The notes under the pieces: generated by a model
Told to the model about the DNA's origin: nothing
Databases searched by the model: none
What the model saw: only the letters and a program-made list of their open reading frames with translations
Position numbers and translations under genes: made by a program
Shown: in pieces, positions 7,564-16,681 of the stretch
Position numbering within the stretch: the stretch's first letter is position 1
How the letters are laid out: each line of letters opens with the position of its first letter
Source of the DNA: a virus
Lineage: Duplodnaviria; Caudoviricetes
Strand: one strand, 5' to 3'
DNA length: 24,223 nt
IMG/VR virus record: IMGVR_UViG_3300025647_000268
Coordinates: 1 to 24,223 of that record

Positions 7564-10500
7564 TTATTTCTCCTGGTTAGCTTCTCGTTTGGCTTTTTGT
7601 AGTGCCTGATTAGCTTGATTATAGTATTTACTAAATGCATCGTTCCTGGTAAGCCATAGCTTATCCATTTTTTCGCGCTTTTCCTTGCCTGTTAAAGTCT
7701 TATCATACTTTATTTGTAACTCTGCTGTCTTTATGCCCTCTTTGCCGTACATGATTTTAATCAAGTCGTTCATTGAGTCATTAAGCGCAAATAAAACGGC
7801 TTTCTCTTTTCCGCTTAACCCGTAGAAACTATCATCCTTAAATTTGCCTTCACCATTTTGACCTTTGATAGCGCGGCGAACGTCAATGGTTTGTTTAAAT
7901 GTAGAAACAATCTTGTCTGATTTCTCTTTTAATTCAAAAAACTTTTCCATGTTAGCGGTTGCCGGTCTTACTTCTGGCGTAAGGAAGCGGCGCAAAAATA
8001 CGTTTTCAGATAGTTTGCTTTCTGGCTTCTCGCCAAACTCATCCTTATTCCAAAGCAAATGATCTGTGCCTGCCAATAGGTAACCGCCCAGGTATCCGGT
8101 ATACGCCTTAAACATATGCTCTGCTTTGATTGGGCTAAGGTTTAACGCTTCACCCATACGAACAAATGTCTCGCTAGTATTTGAAGAGTATTGCTCTGGC
8201 GCTTCAACATCAGCAAGCGCTTGTGGTATTACCGGCGCACCTGTCCATTTTTTGTTTCTGACAATATCCCACCAGCCAGTCATAGCAGCCGGAACACCAT
8301 CGATTCCATACATTTGCGTCATGGTCCAGATCATACCTTCTGCAAACTCCTTACCCTTATCATCTTCAACATACTTAAAAAACAACTCAGGCATTGTCGC
8401 GTAAACAAAACCAACATCATAAGGGCGTGGGATTTTTACAAATTGACCTTCACCCGTTTTAATATGCCAGTTTGTGCGCTTTTCATAGTCGGGGATCTCC
8501 TTGTAATCTTCATCGTCTTTGTTCACCAGGTAAAGCAATAGCGTTGGCAAAGTAATTCCTAACATTGCTTTCATAGCCATACCGGTAGGGTTGCCATTGT
8601 ATTTTTTACTTACCAATGCTTCACGATAAACACGGTCCTGTGATTGCACCATGGCGTTTAAAAATGGCACTGTGCGAATGTAGCCGGTTAAGAAATGATT
8701 AGCGCCGTGTACGCTAAAGTCAGTTGATATTTCTCGCGCTTCAAAGCCTGCGTCCATATCTGACTTACCGCTTTTCTTTGAAAGCCTAAACTCACCGATA
8801 CGTGTGCCATATTCAAAAGCGCTGGCTAAGTTATCGATTGTGCTTAGTAATCTTTCTGGCCCTGTCATAACGCCGAACTCGTCAAGCTTAACTCTGCGTC
8901 TTGCTTGGCTGTCGCGTGTTGCGCCTTCAAGCCTGCCTGAGTGTCCGCCACCTGAACGTATAAAGTCCTGGTAATACTTATCTTTAGCAAAAAACGAGTA
9001 CATTCCCTGGAAAGAACTTACAAACGGGATAAAGTGGTTTTTGCTTAGGAACGTTGCTCCTACCGTATCGCGCACTAAGTTTGCGCCGGTAAATTCAATG
9101 CCTAAAGTAATCGAACGGGTAAAGAAGTTTTTAACGCCAAACATCACATTCATAAACGAGCTATAGCTTTCAGGGTTCATAGCGACAAGCATTTCTTGAA
9201 GTAATGGATCTTGAACTTCGTAATACTTCGGCTTGCCATTGATGATCACTGAATCAACAATGTTACCCGACTCGTTTAATTTTGGTGCCACGCCATGCTG
9301 CCAGAATGTAAGCAGGTCTTTACTCGCTAAATCTAAATCACCTTCAAACTGTATGCCGTTGTTTTCTAACACTTCTTTTATCTTTGCCTGCATATCATCG
9401 GCGTAAACCTGAACCGGCTTTGAGTCGGTTGATATTTTAGTCGCAAAGATAGCACCGTCTTTATGGTTTGAAATGTATTGATAAAGTCGCTGCTTAGCCC
9501 GGTTAGTTAATGCCGCTTGAACGTTGGCAACAATGCCGTCTTGAATGTTTACAAGTATGTCGTTTAAGTTTGCGGTACCACCTTTTAGTTTTTGGAAACC
9601 TGCGCCTTTTCCACCTTTACCACCAGCTAACTGATCACGTATACGGTTAAACGGTACATAGTCCTTGTTCATTGATTGCATAATAGCTCGACCTTCAGCC
9701 GTGATCATTCCGGCCTCTTCGTAAAAGTCCATCATGCGATCGTTAAACGCCTGGTATTCTTTTTGAATGGTTTCGAACACAGGATAATCCGAACCCAGAC
9801 GGGCCCACTCTTTAGCGGTTTCTTTTGGTATCAGGTTTTCACGGCCTTGACGATGCAGCTCTAAAGCGCGGCGACCAACAAAGTAACGCATCAACAAATC
9901 AATTTTTTGAGTGCCTTTGTGCTCAGGCTTAACCGTAATGGTTTTAACTGGCTCAAGTACCTGGTGCAAGCTTGCTCCGCTTGGCTTCAAGTCTCCGGCT
10001 TCATCAAACTGAACGGTGCCATAGTTAAGAATGTAATCGCTGATCCCTTCAGCGCCACCATTGGCAATGCGTAACTGTTTCCAGGCAGACTCGCCAACGG
10101 TACCAATTTTACGGGTTAGCTCTTGCTCAACCTTTCTAGCAGCATGAAAGCGGTCAATAGACTGTTGACGAATGCGCGAATCGCGGCGGTATTTCCATTC
10201 GTTAAATCTATGGCCAAATGAAAGATCCTTACCTATTAACGCCTGCCCTAACTTGTCTGCGCCTTGGAAGTAGAACTTGTGCATAAGCTCTTGCATATCG
10301 CGCATCTTGCTAGATAGCTTTTTATCTCTGGCTAGTAATTCATTAAACGCATTGTAAAACTCTGGCGCTCTTAGTTGTGCTTCGTTTGAGTTGGTTAGCC
10401 ATAGGCGTACAAACTCAGCAAAGCCTTCAATCTGCTGAAGTCTTGGCGTTGCATCCGTATAACTGAGCGCTTTAACTTCATTGTTATAACGGGCCTCCTT

Positions 10501-13500
10501 GTAAAGCCTTTGGAAGTTTGGCAGCGTAACGTTTGAATAAACATCTAAGTAATGGGCCATTTCATGCGCTAAAACTTCAATGTCATTTTTGCGGCGTGTG
10601 CGTATCTCGCCAACATTAGGACGGTAAAATCCTTGCTGTGATTTTCCTTTAAGCTTTCCGAAATAAATGCGGCGACCGGTAATCTCAATTAACTTGCTCA
10701 TTATCGGCTCAATGCGCTGCGGTTTATCTGGCACTCTAATCGTGCGGCCTTCGATGGTAACCGCTTCTTGTCTTAGCGGTACGCCTGACGATCTAAACAT
10801 TCCAATATAGTTATGGCCTGGCGCGTTAAAAATGCGCTCACCGGTTTTTGACGGCTTTGAAACTTTGCTGTCAGTTGTTTTATAACTAAGCGTGTTATCA
10901 TCATTCTTTTCAATAGTGACCATTACCGTGTTAACACCAGTTGAGCGCTCAGCATTTTTAAAGCTGCCCTCTGGCAAATCTTCGATATAAGACCCCATAT
11001 CATCAAGCCATGATCTAAACTCAACCGCTTTGCTGCGCGAGTTCTTAACGCCTGCGCCCATAATAGCCACCAGCTTTCCGCCAGGCTTTAATAAGTCATA
11101 AGCATGTTTTACGTGGTCAATGTCCTGGAAGTTTTCAAACGGTGGATTCATTACAATGCGGTCGTACTGCTTACCCTTGTATTGTAAGAAGTCATTACCT
11201 ACAACGTTATAACCTTTGGCTTCAAGCAGTGCGGCTAGTGATGCGTTGTATTCAACAACATCAAGTGTGGCGTTTGGTGCCGATACTTTTATTTGGTCGG
11301 CAATATTACCTTTACCCGCTGAAGGCTCAAGCACTTCATGGCCTTCTTGAATGTCGGCGTAATCAATCATTTGATCAACTAGCTCTGTCGGTGTCGGAAA
11401 AAAGCCTTCAATTTTCTTACCGACTAAATCGCGCTCAAGTTTTTTGATAGGATCAGCTTGTCGCTTTGCCACTCGCATAGAATCAAGTTCACGAATAGCG
11501 GCACGTAACTGCTCGCCAGTGGTGATACCCAATTTGTTCAAACGCGAAAGAGTTGATACTTGGTCCGGTAGCCAGCTTAAATGCGTGTCGATTAAACCGG
11601 CTTTATTGGCTGCTAGTATCTTTTCACTTTGCTCAGTGGTTAGTTTGTATAAATGTTCGCGCTTGCCTTGTGGTAACCTTGAAAGTTCAGCCGCTAAACG
11701 CGCATAACCTTTTTTACCCTTCAGCGATTCAGCAATTCTTCCAACAATGCCTTTATCCAATTCGATAACAGGCAGTTCAACCAGGTTAATGTAATCCTCA
11801 ACCGTCACACCGTCTTTTAGTGGTCGATTAATAGAGTAACCATCAAATGAACCATGTTCGTACATTGTGCTTGGGATTGCTCTGTTTTGAATTGATATTA
11901 ACTCTTCAAGCTGTGTTACCTGGCTTAGCTTGCCTAAGTGAACCGTTGTGCCTTCCTGAAGTTTAATGGCAATGTTTCTAACAGTCTTAGCAAGTGCTAA
12001 CTGCTTCTCGGCTCTCTCAATGCCACCAGCCGCCATTGATGCGCGTCTAGCTGTGTTTGCTTGTCGTGGCCGGTTAATCTCTTCGTTAGCTTTATCCTCT
12101 AGCTTTTGAGCCATATCTAAAAGCTTGTCGGCATTCTTAGCCTGCTTCACTTCGGCCTTAGCTTCTTGGAAGTTGCTTTTGTCTACGTCAGCACCATTTA
12201 ACAACTGTTCAAACTGGTCTGCCGCTTCAGTGGTTTTGAATTGAAAGCCTGGGATAGCTTCACCTTTTGCAAATGAAGAGTAATAGCCGCCCAATTGTTT
12301 GGCTTTTGCGCTCAATTCTCTGAAGTGGTCCTTCTCAACACGGCCTACCATTTTAACGACAAACAGATCATCACCGGTTTTAGTGTGCTTAGTTTGAGCT
12401 CGTTCGGTTTTAATGGCTTCCGCTTCGCCTTTTACAATTACCGGCGTACCTTCTTCGCGCATTGATTCGGCAACAAACTCGTCATAAGTTTTAAGCTGCT
12501 CAGCGGTCATCTTGTCTTTGCCGCGAACACGAATAAACTCTTTTAACTCTGGTAGCGTTTCAGGGTTAGTAAGCGACTTAACAAAAGTTTCTTTTTGCTT
12601 CGCTCGCTCTGCCCGGTATTCGCGCTGCTTCTCGTAGTTTTTATCAACATCGGCTTGTGTCTGGTTATTTACCTTTTCTAGTATCTGTTCTTCATAAGAC
12701 TTTGAGCCTCCAAAAATGGTAAAGGTTGCATCAGCCATAACGTGAGAAGAAAGCATGGACTCGAAAGCCTGCTTAACCATCTGAGGTTTTTTAAGGTCTG
12801 AACGTGGCGAACGTGTGATCTCCTGAAGCATTGCTTTAGTGAACGCTCTTTCACTCATAGCCGCAATAACAGAATCTTTATTATCAACCAACTCTTTTGC
12901 ACTTGATTTTATTTCATCTGCTGTCGCGGTTTGATTCCTTATAGATGCTTTAAACTGATCAAACGCAGCCAGTGGGTGTTCAGCATATTTATACTTAACA
13001 GGAATATTCCCGCCAGAACCGCTTCCACTTACAAAGCCCTCAACGCTTTTTTCTGTTCGTTTTTTTGCCCTTTCGTATGTTGCGCTTGTTATCTTTCTAT
13101 CTGTTTTTTCATTGCCTCCGATAACTTCTGCTGCATCCGGATCAGCCTTAGCGATTGGGAAGGTAGACTTTTCAGTTTCAAGCTTAGTTTTTTCTCTGCC
13201 TGGTGTGACTTCGATTAGCTTAGATGAAGCCGCAATAGCTCGCTCAAAATAGCCGTCACTCATTTTTATGCCAAGCATTGATTTAATCGCTTTAGCTAAT
13301 CGAGTGAATACGGTTTCATTGTCATTTGGTAGCTTGATTTTCATTAACGCACGTTGAAACGCTGGGTGCGTCAAGCTGTGAGTAACAAACTCGTCAACAT
13401 TACCAAGGCCGGACCGTAAAGAGTTGCGCTCTTCTGTTGTAATGCCTTCAGCAAAAAGATACTGACGCGCATTAATGTGAACTATTAGATCTTCAATATC

Positions 13501-16500
13501 CTTAATGGCTTTCTTTTGCGTGTCGTTTTCAGGGTTGCGAATAGTGTAAGACGTTGCGGCATGAATAAGCTCATGGGTTAAAGTCGATTCATTCTTACCC
13601 TTTGGGTAAATGATGACTCTGTTATCGATAACGTTACCGCTTGCCTCTTTGTAAGTGTACCGGCCTTTAACCCTTCCGCTACTGGTAGCTTCTTCCTTTG
13701 AATGAGTAAACTCAATATCTGAAGGTATAAGGTTTGTTAGGCTTTCCGCTAATTCTCTAAATACTGGATCCTTTGCGTTATTAGCAAGCCATTTTCTAGC
13801 CTGCTCCGCTGTTTCAAAACTATCAAGTACCTGGTCGCTTACATCTTCCTGGGTTACTGTTCTGGTTTTTTCGGTAGCGCTGGCTATAAAATCAGTAAAA
13901 CCTTTGTCCAGCCCTATTTCAGCATCACTGCGCAAACCTTTTGATTTACGGTATTCTTTACCCATTTTTACAATGAAAGCCATGTAATCAGGGTTACTAG
14001 GTTCGGAGCCTTCCTCAAGTGAATCAAGGTAAGACTTATAGCGTGGGTTAGTTTTGTCACGCTTACCAGCTTCGGCAATCATTGCCTGAGTTTCTTCAAG
14101 GCTATCCATAAACGCTTCGCGTTCTTCTGGCGTTAGCTTTTTGCTTTTTGGCTCCGGTTTAACTTCTGGCTGTGAAAATATATCCGTTTGGCCTGATGCC
14201 GCCGCAACATCAGCCGAACGGTCTGAGCCTGTTAATGTAAAATCATCGACTTGCTTGTCGGCTTCAAACATATCACTGCTTTGCTTTGCTTCGGCTTCAA
14301 TGGTCTTACTTGCTTCGGCTTCAGACTTTTCACGGCTAGCCCGTTGTGATTCAGTTTCCTGGGATAAATTAAAGTCACTGCCTTTTAGCTCTGATACTAG
14401 CGCTGGGTTAGTGTGCCAGTTGGACCACTCGCGCTTTTCATCGTGCAAAGCTTTAATCCTAGCCTTAACCGCTTCAGGATCTTTAACGTCCACTCCTTCT
14501 TTAGCCGCAAGCGCTGGGTTTTTTGCCGCGCCCTGGACCGCTGATAAGGTCTTTTGTATTTCAGCTTGTTTTTTCGCTGCTGCCTTTGCTAGCTTTTCAG
14601 CCTCAACCATTGCTGAGTCATCAAAGCCAAACAGATCACCGCTGTCTTGTGATGATTCGCTTGCCATATACTTAACGGCTTTAACCATGTTTTCAGCTAC
14701 AGCAATCGTTTTGCCTTCTTGAATAGCCTTTATGCCAACGGCCTGAAGTTTTTCACTCTTCGGCGCTGCTTCGGCTATTCTTGTGGCTGCTTCATCGGTT
14801 AGCTGATCGTTTCTGTGGCTGGCAATGAGCGCATCACTTCCTTCAGTTGCGATTGTGAAAGCCCGCTTTCCCGTCTGCCTTGCCAGTATTCCTTGTGATT
14901 CGGCTTCGGCTTTTCTTGGTTTTGTTGCTTTGATGAAATCGACATAATCTTTTACCTTTCCTTGACCTTCACGGATATTTAACATGGCATCGAGTACGGC
15001 CGCTTGATCTGCTCCGAAACCTTCAGCCTCATAATGATATTGTGCCGGTATAGACTTCTCGCCGCTTCGCTCGGCCAGGTCTAAGCGGTGGCGACCGCTG
15101 ATCACTTCTTTTCGACCATCTTCACGAACCCAAATTTGTATAGGCGCTACACCTGTTCTTTCAAACTTGCCGCCTAATGGCTCAACTACACCTTTAACGT
15201 TTGCACCTTCTTTAAACTGTGGAACGTCTTTGCTAATGGTTATCTCGTCAATTGGCGCCTCAACAACTTGCTTACCGGTTACTTGTTGCTTAGTTGGCTT
15301 TTCCGCTTCCTTAGCTGGTGGAGTGAAATCAACCGGCTCTTGTTGTGCTGGCTTAGCCTTATCTATTTCTTGAGGTTCAATATTTGCGGTAACGACCATT
15401 TCAGGCGTTTGCCGCTTTGCTTCAAGCGTTTGATTTTGTTGGTTAATATTTGCTTGTGTTGATTTGATTTGCGCCTTATCTGGCGACATAGCATCTAGCT
15501 CCGCTTGATTGGCATCAGGTAGCGACTTATCAAATTCGGCTTCTAGCTGTGTTTCAATTAACTTTTGTTTTTCGCGCTCGTTCATAGAGTCGGCAAACTT
15601 TGAAGTGGCTACCGACATAGTTGCACCAGCACCCGCGCCAATGATCGCGCCCTCTGTAATGCGGTCGATAGCTTCGGCCATAGTCATATCAGGTTTAATG
15701 TAACCTTTGTCTATGCCTGCTTGAATTGCTTGGGTTAACCCTTCCTGGCCTGCTTCGGCAATGCCTGCTGTAGCCATATCGGTTAGGATTTTGCCAGTAG
15801 GCTTTAAAAGTGCCATTACTGGAATAGCTGAAGGTATTGCTTCTGCTGCAGCAATCATTGATGAATACGTGTCGGCTTCTTGAGGTGTTAAGCCTTCAAG
15901 TCTGCCGGACTCATACGCGCCACCTTTTGATTGGGCGAGCATAATACCCAAGCCAATATCAGGGCGGCGACCAACTAATGATACGCCCAATGTTGGCAGC
16001 ATGTTTACCACCGAACCGGCAATGGCTTCTGAGTAATAACCTGGCGAACCTTTTTCAAACTGGCTAGGCTTTAAATCTGTGCGGGTATCTGTGGCAATCT
16101 GCTTGCCCTTGTCTGCGAGTAAATTTGAAAGCGGTCTGTTAACCTGGTCAAACTTTAAATAGTCGTCATAGGTATTAAACATACCCATGCCGATATTATT
16201 CTTTTTCTGCTCAAACTGTTCTGCGGTCATTGGCTCGCCGCGCTGCATTAATCCTGCCACTTGAAGCTTAGCTTGTGGATATGCGCCCTCAACACCTGAA
16301 GCAATGCCGCCGCCAATTTCAGAAAGCTTATCGCCTATCAACTCAATCATTGATTTCTGCTCAATAGGCTTTGACGCTGCGCCGGTGTAAGCATCTATCT
16401 GTTGATTAGGTTGTAAATAATTATCTTGTTCTAGTAAAGAATTTACCTGAAAAGGTGAATTATCTTGCTCGATTGGTGCAACATAAGCCTGTACCGGTGT

Positions 16501-16665
16501 AACATCTAGCGCACCAGGTAAAGACTGAAAGCCAATTTTTTGATTGAATTGCTCAATAGGAATGTCTGAATAGTATTTAGTGTGAAGGGCTGTAACCAAC
16601 TGGTCATCAGCCATATCGTTATACTGTGGGTTCTTTATTCTGAAGTCTTTAATGAACTCGCTCAC
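7564..16665 (-). CDS. Giant polyvalent internal-virion/ejection protein (3033 aa): ParB-like, two zincin motifs, N6-adenine MTase, LPD38-like C-terminus
   Basis: GTG start with AAGGAG RBS; third gene of the ejection cluster; ISGRHR (aa 522), HELIH (aa 1031), EPSAGKG (aa 1780), NPPF (aa 1840), HEMAH (aa 2034), IPDYEKRTNW..KIPRPYDVG (aa ~2720). Confidence 0.88.
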   Translation of the reverse strand: MSEFIKDFRIKNPQYNDMADDQLVTALHTKYYSDIPIEQFNQKIGFQSLPGALDVTPVQAYVAPIEQDNSPFQVNSLLEQDNYLQPNQQIDAYTGAASKPIEQKSMIELIGDKLSEIGGGIASGVEGAYPQAKLQVAGLMQRGEPMTAEQFEQKKNNIGMGMFNTYDDYLKFDQVNRPLSNLLADKGKQIATDTRTDLKPSQFEKGSPGYYSEAIAGSVVNMLPTLGVSLVGRRPDIGLGIMLAQSKGGAYESGRLEGLTPQEADTYSSMIAAAEAIPSAIPVMALLKPTGKILTDMATAGIAEAGQEGLTQAIQAGIDKGYIKPDMTMAEAIDRITEGAIIGAGAGATMSVATSKFADSMNEREKQKLIETQLEAEFDKSLPDANQAELDAMSPDKAQIKSTQANINQQNQTLEAKRQTPEMVVTANIEPQEIDKAKPAQQEPVDFTPPAKEAEKPTKQQVTGKQVVEAPIDEITISKDVPQFKEGANVKGVVEPLGGKFERTGVAPIQIWVREDGRKEVISGRHRLDLAERSGEKSIPAQYHYEAEGFGADQAAVLDAMLNIREGQGKVKDYVDFIKATKPRKAEAESQGILARQTGKRAFTIATEGSDALIASHRNDQLTDEAATRIAEAAPKSEKLQAVGIKAIQEGKTIAVAENMVKAVKYMASESSQDSGDLFGFDDSAMVEAEKLAKAAAKKQAEIQKTLSAVQGAAKNPALAAKEGVDVKDPEAVKARIKALHDEKREWSNWHTNPALVSELKGSDFNLSQETESQRASREKSEAEASKTIEAEAKQSSDMFEADKQVDDFTLTGSDRSADVAAASGQTDIFSQPEVKPEPKSKKLTPEEREAFMDSLEETQAMIAEAGKRDKTNPRYKSYLDSLEEGSEPSNPDYMAFIVKMGKEYRKSKGLRSDAEIGLDKGFTDFIASATEKTRTVTQEDVSDQVLDSFETAEQARKWLANNAKDPVFRELAESLTNLIPSDIEFTHSKEEATSSGRVKGRYTYKEASGNVIDNRVIIYPKGKNESTLTHELIHAATSYTIRNPENDTQKKAIKDIEDLIVHINARQYLFAEGITTEERNSLRSGLGNVDEFVTHSLTHPAFQRALMKIKLPNDNETVFTRLAKAIKSMLGIKMSDGYFERAIAASSKLIEVTPGREKTKLETEKSTFPIAKADPDAAEVIGGNEKTDRKITSATYERAKKRTEKSVEGFVSGSGSGGNIPVKYKYAEHPLAAFDQFKASIRNQTATADEIKSSAKELVDNKDSVIAAMSERAFTKAMLQEITRSPRSDLKKPQMVKQAFESMLSSHVMADATFTIFGGSKSYEEQILEKVNNQTQADVDKNYEKQREYRAERAKQKETFVKSLTNPETLPELKEFIRVRGKDKMTAEQLKTYDEFVAESMREEGTPVIVKGEAEAIKTERAQTKHTKTGDDLFVVKMVGRVEKDHFRELSAKAKQLGGYYSSFAKGEAIPGFQFKTTEAADQFEQLLNGADVDKSNFQEAKAEVKQAKNADKLLDMAQKLEDKANEEINRPRQANTARRASMAAGGIERAEKQLALAKTVRNIAIKLQEGTTVHLGKLSQVTQLEELISIQNRAIPSTMYEHGSFDGYSINRPLKDGVTVEDYINLVELPVIELDKGIVGRIAESLKGKKGYARLAAELSRLPQGKREHLYKLTTEQSEKILAANKAGLIDTHLSWLPDQVSTLSRLNKLGITTGEQLRAAIRELDSMRVAKRQADPIKKLERDLVGKKIEGFFPTPTELVDQMIDYADIQEGHEVLEPSAGKGNIADQIKVSAPNATLDVVEYNASLAALLEAKGYNVVGNDFLQYKGKQYDRIVMNPPFENFQDIDHVKHAYDLLKPGGKLVAIMGAGVKNSRSKAVEFRSWLDDMGSYIEDLPEGSFKNAERSTGVNTVMVTIEKNDDNTLSYKTTDSKVSKPSKTGERIFNAPGHNYIGMFRSSGVPLRQEAVTIEGRTIRVPDKPQRIEPIMSKLIEITGRRIYFGKLKGKSQQGFYRPNVGEIRTRRKNDIEVLAHEMAHYLDVYSNVTLPNFQRLYKEARYNNEVKALSYTDATPRLQQIEGFAEFVRLWLTNSNEAQLRAPEFYNAFNELLARDKKLSSKMRDMQELMHKFYFQGADKLGQALIGKDLSFGHRFNEWKYRRDSRIRQQSIDRFHAARKVEQELTRKIGTVGESAWKQLRIANGGAEGISDYILNYGTVQFDEAGDLKPSGASLHQVLEPVKTITVKPEHKGTQKIDLLMRYFVGRRALELHRQGRENLIPKETAKEWARLGSDYPVFETIQKEYQAFNDRMMDFYEEAGMITAEGRAIMQSMNKDYVPFNRIRDQLAGGKGGKGAGFQKLKGGTANLNDILVNIQDGIVANVQAALTNRAKQRLYQYISNHKDGAIFATKISTDSKPVQVYADDMQAKIKEVLENNGIQFEGDLDLASKDLLTFWQHGVAPKLNESGNIVDSVIINGKPKYYEVQDPLLQEMLVAMNPESYSSFMNVMFGVKNFFTRSITLGIEFTGANLVRDTVGATFLSKNHFIPFVSSFQGMYSFFAKDKYYQDFIRSGGGHSGRLEGATRDSQARRRVKLDEFGVMTGPERLLSTIDNLASAFEYGTRIGEFRLSKKSGKSDMDAGFEAREISTDFSVHGANHFLTGYIRTVPFLNAMVQSQDRVYREALVSKKYNGNPTGMAMKAMLGITLPTLLLYLVNKDDEDYKEIPDYEKRTNWHIKTGEGQFVKIPRPYDVGFVYATMPELFFKYVEDDKGKEFAEGMIWTMTQMYGIDGVPAAMTGWWDIVRNKKWTGAPVIPQALADVEAPEQYSSNTSETFVRMGEALNLSPIKAEHMFKAYTGYLGGYLLAGTDHLLWNKDEFGEKPESKLSENVFLRRFLTPEVRPATANMEKFFELKEKSDKIVSTFKQTIDVRRAIKGQNGEGKFKDDSFYGLSGKEKAVLFALNDSMNDLIKIMYGKEGIKTAELQIKYDKTLTGKEKREKMDKLWLTRNDAFSKYYNQANQALQKAKREANQEK

Positions 16666-16681
16666 GGCGGTTCTCCTTAAA

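Noticed and set aside
7564-16665. Virion RNA polymerase (N4-like) or SNF2 helicase in the giant protein
   Set aside because: Size is suggestive, but I found no RNAP catalytic motifs and no Walker A/DExH helicase motifs
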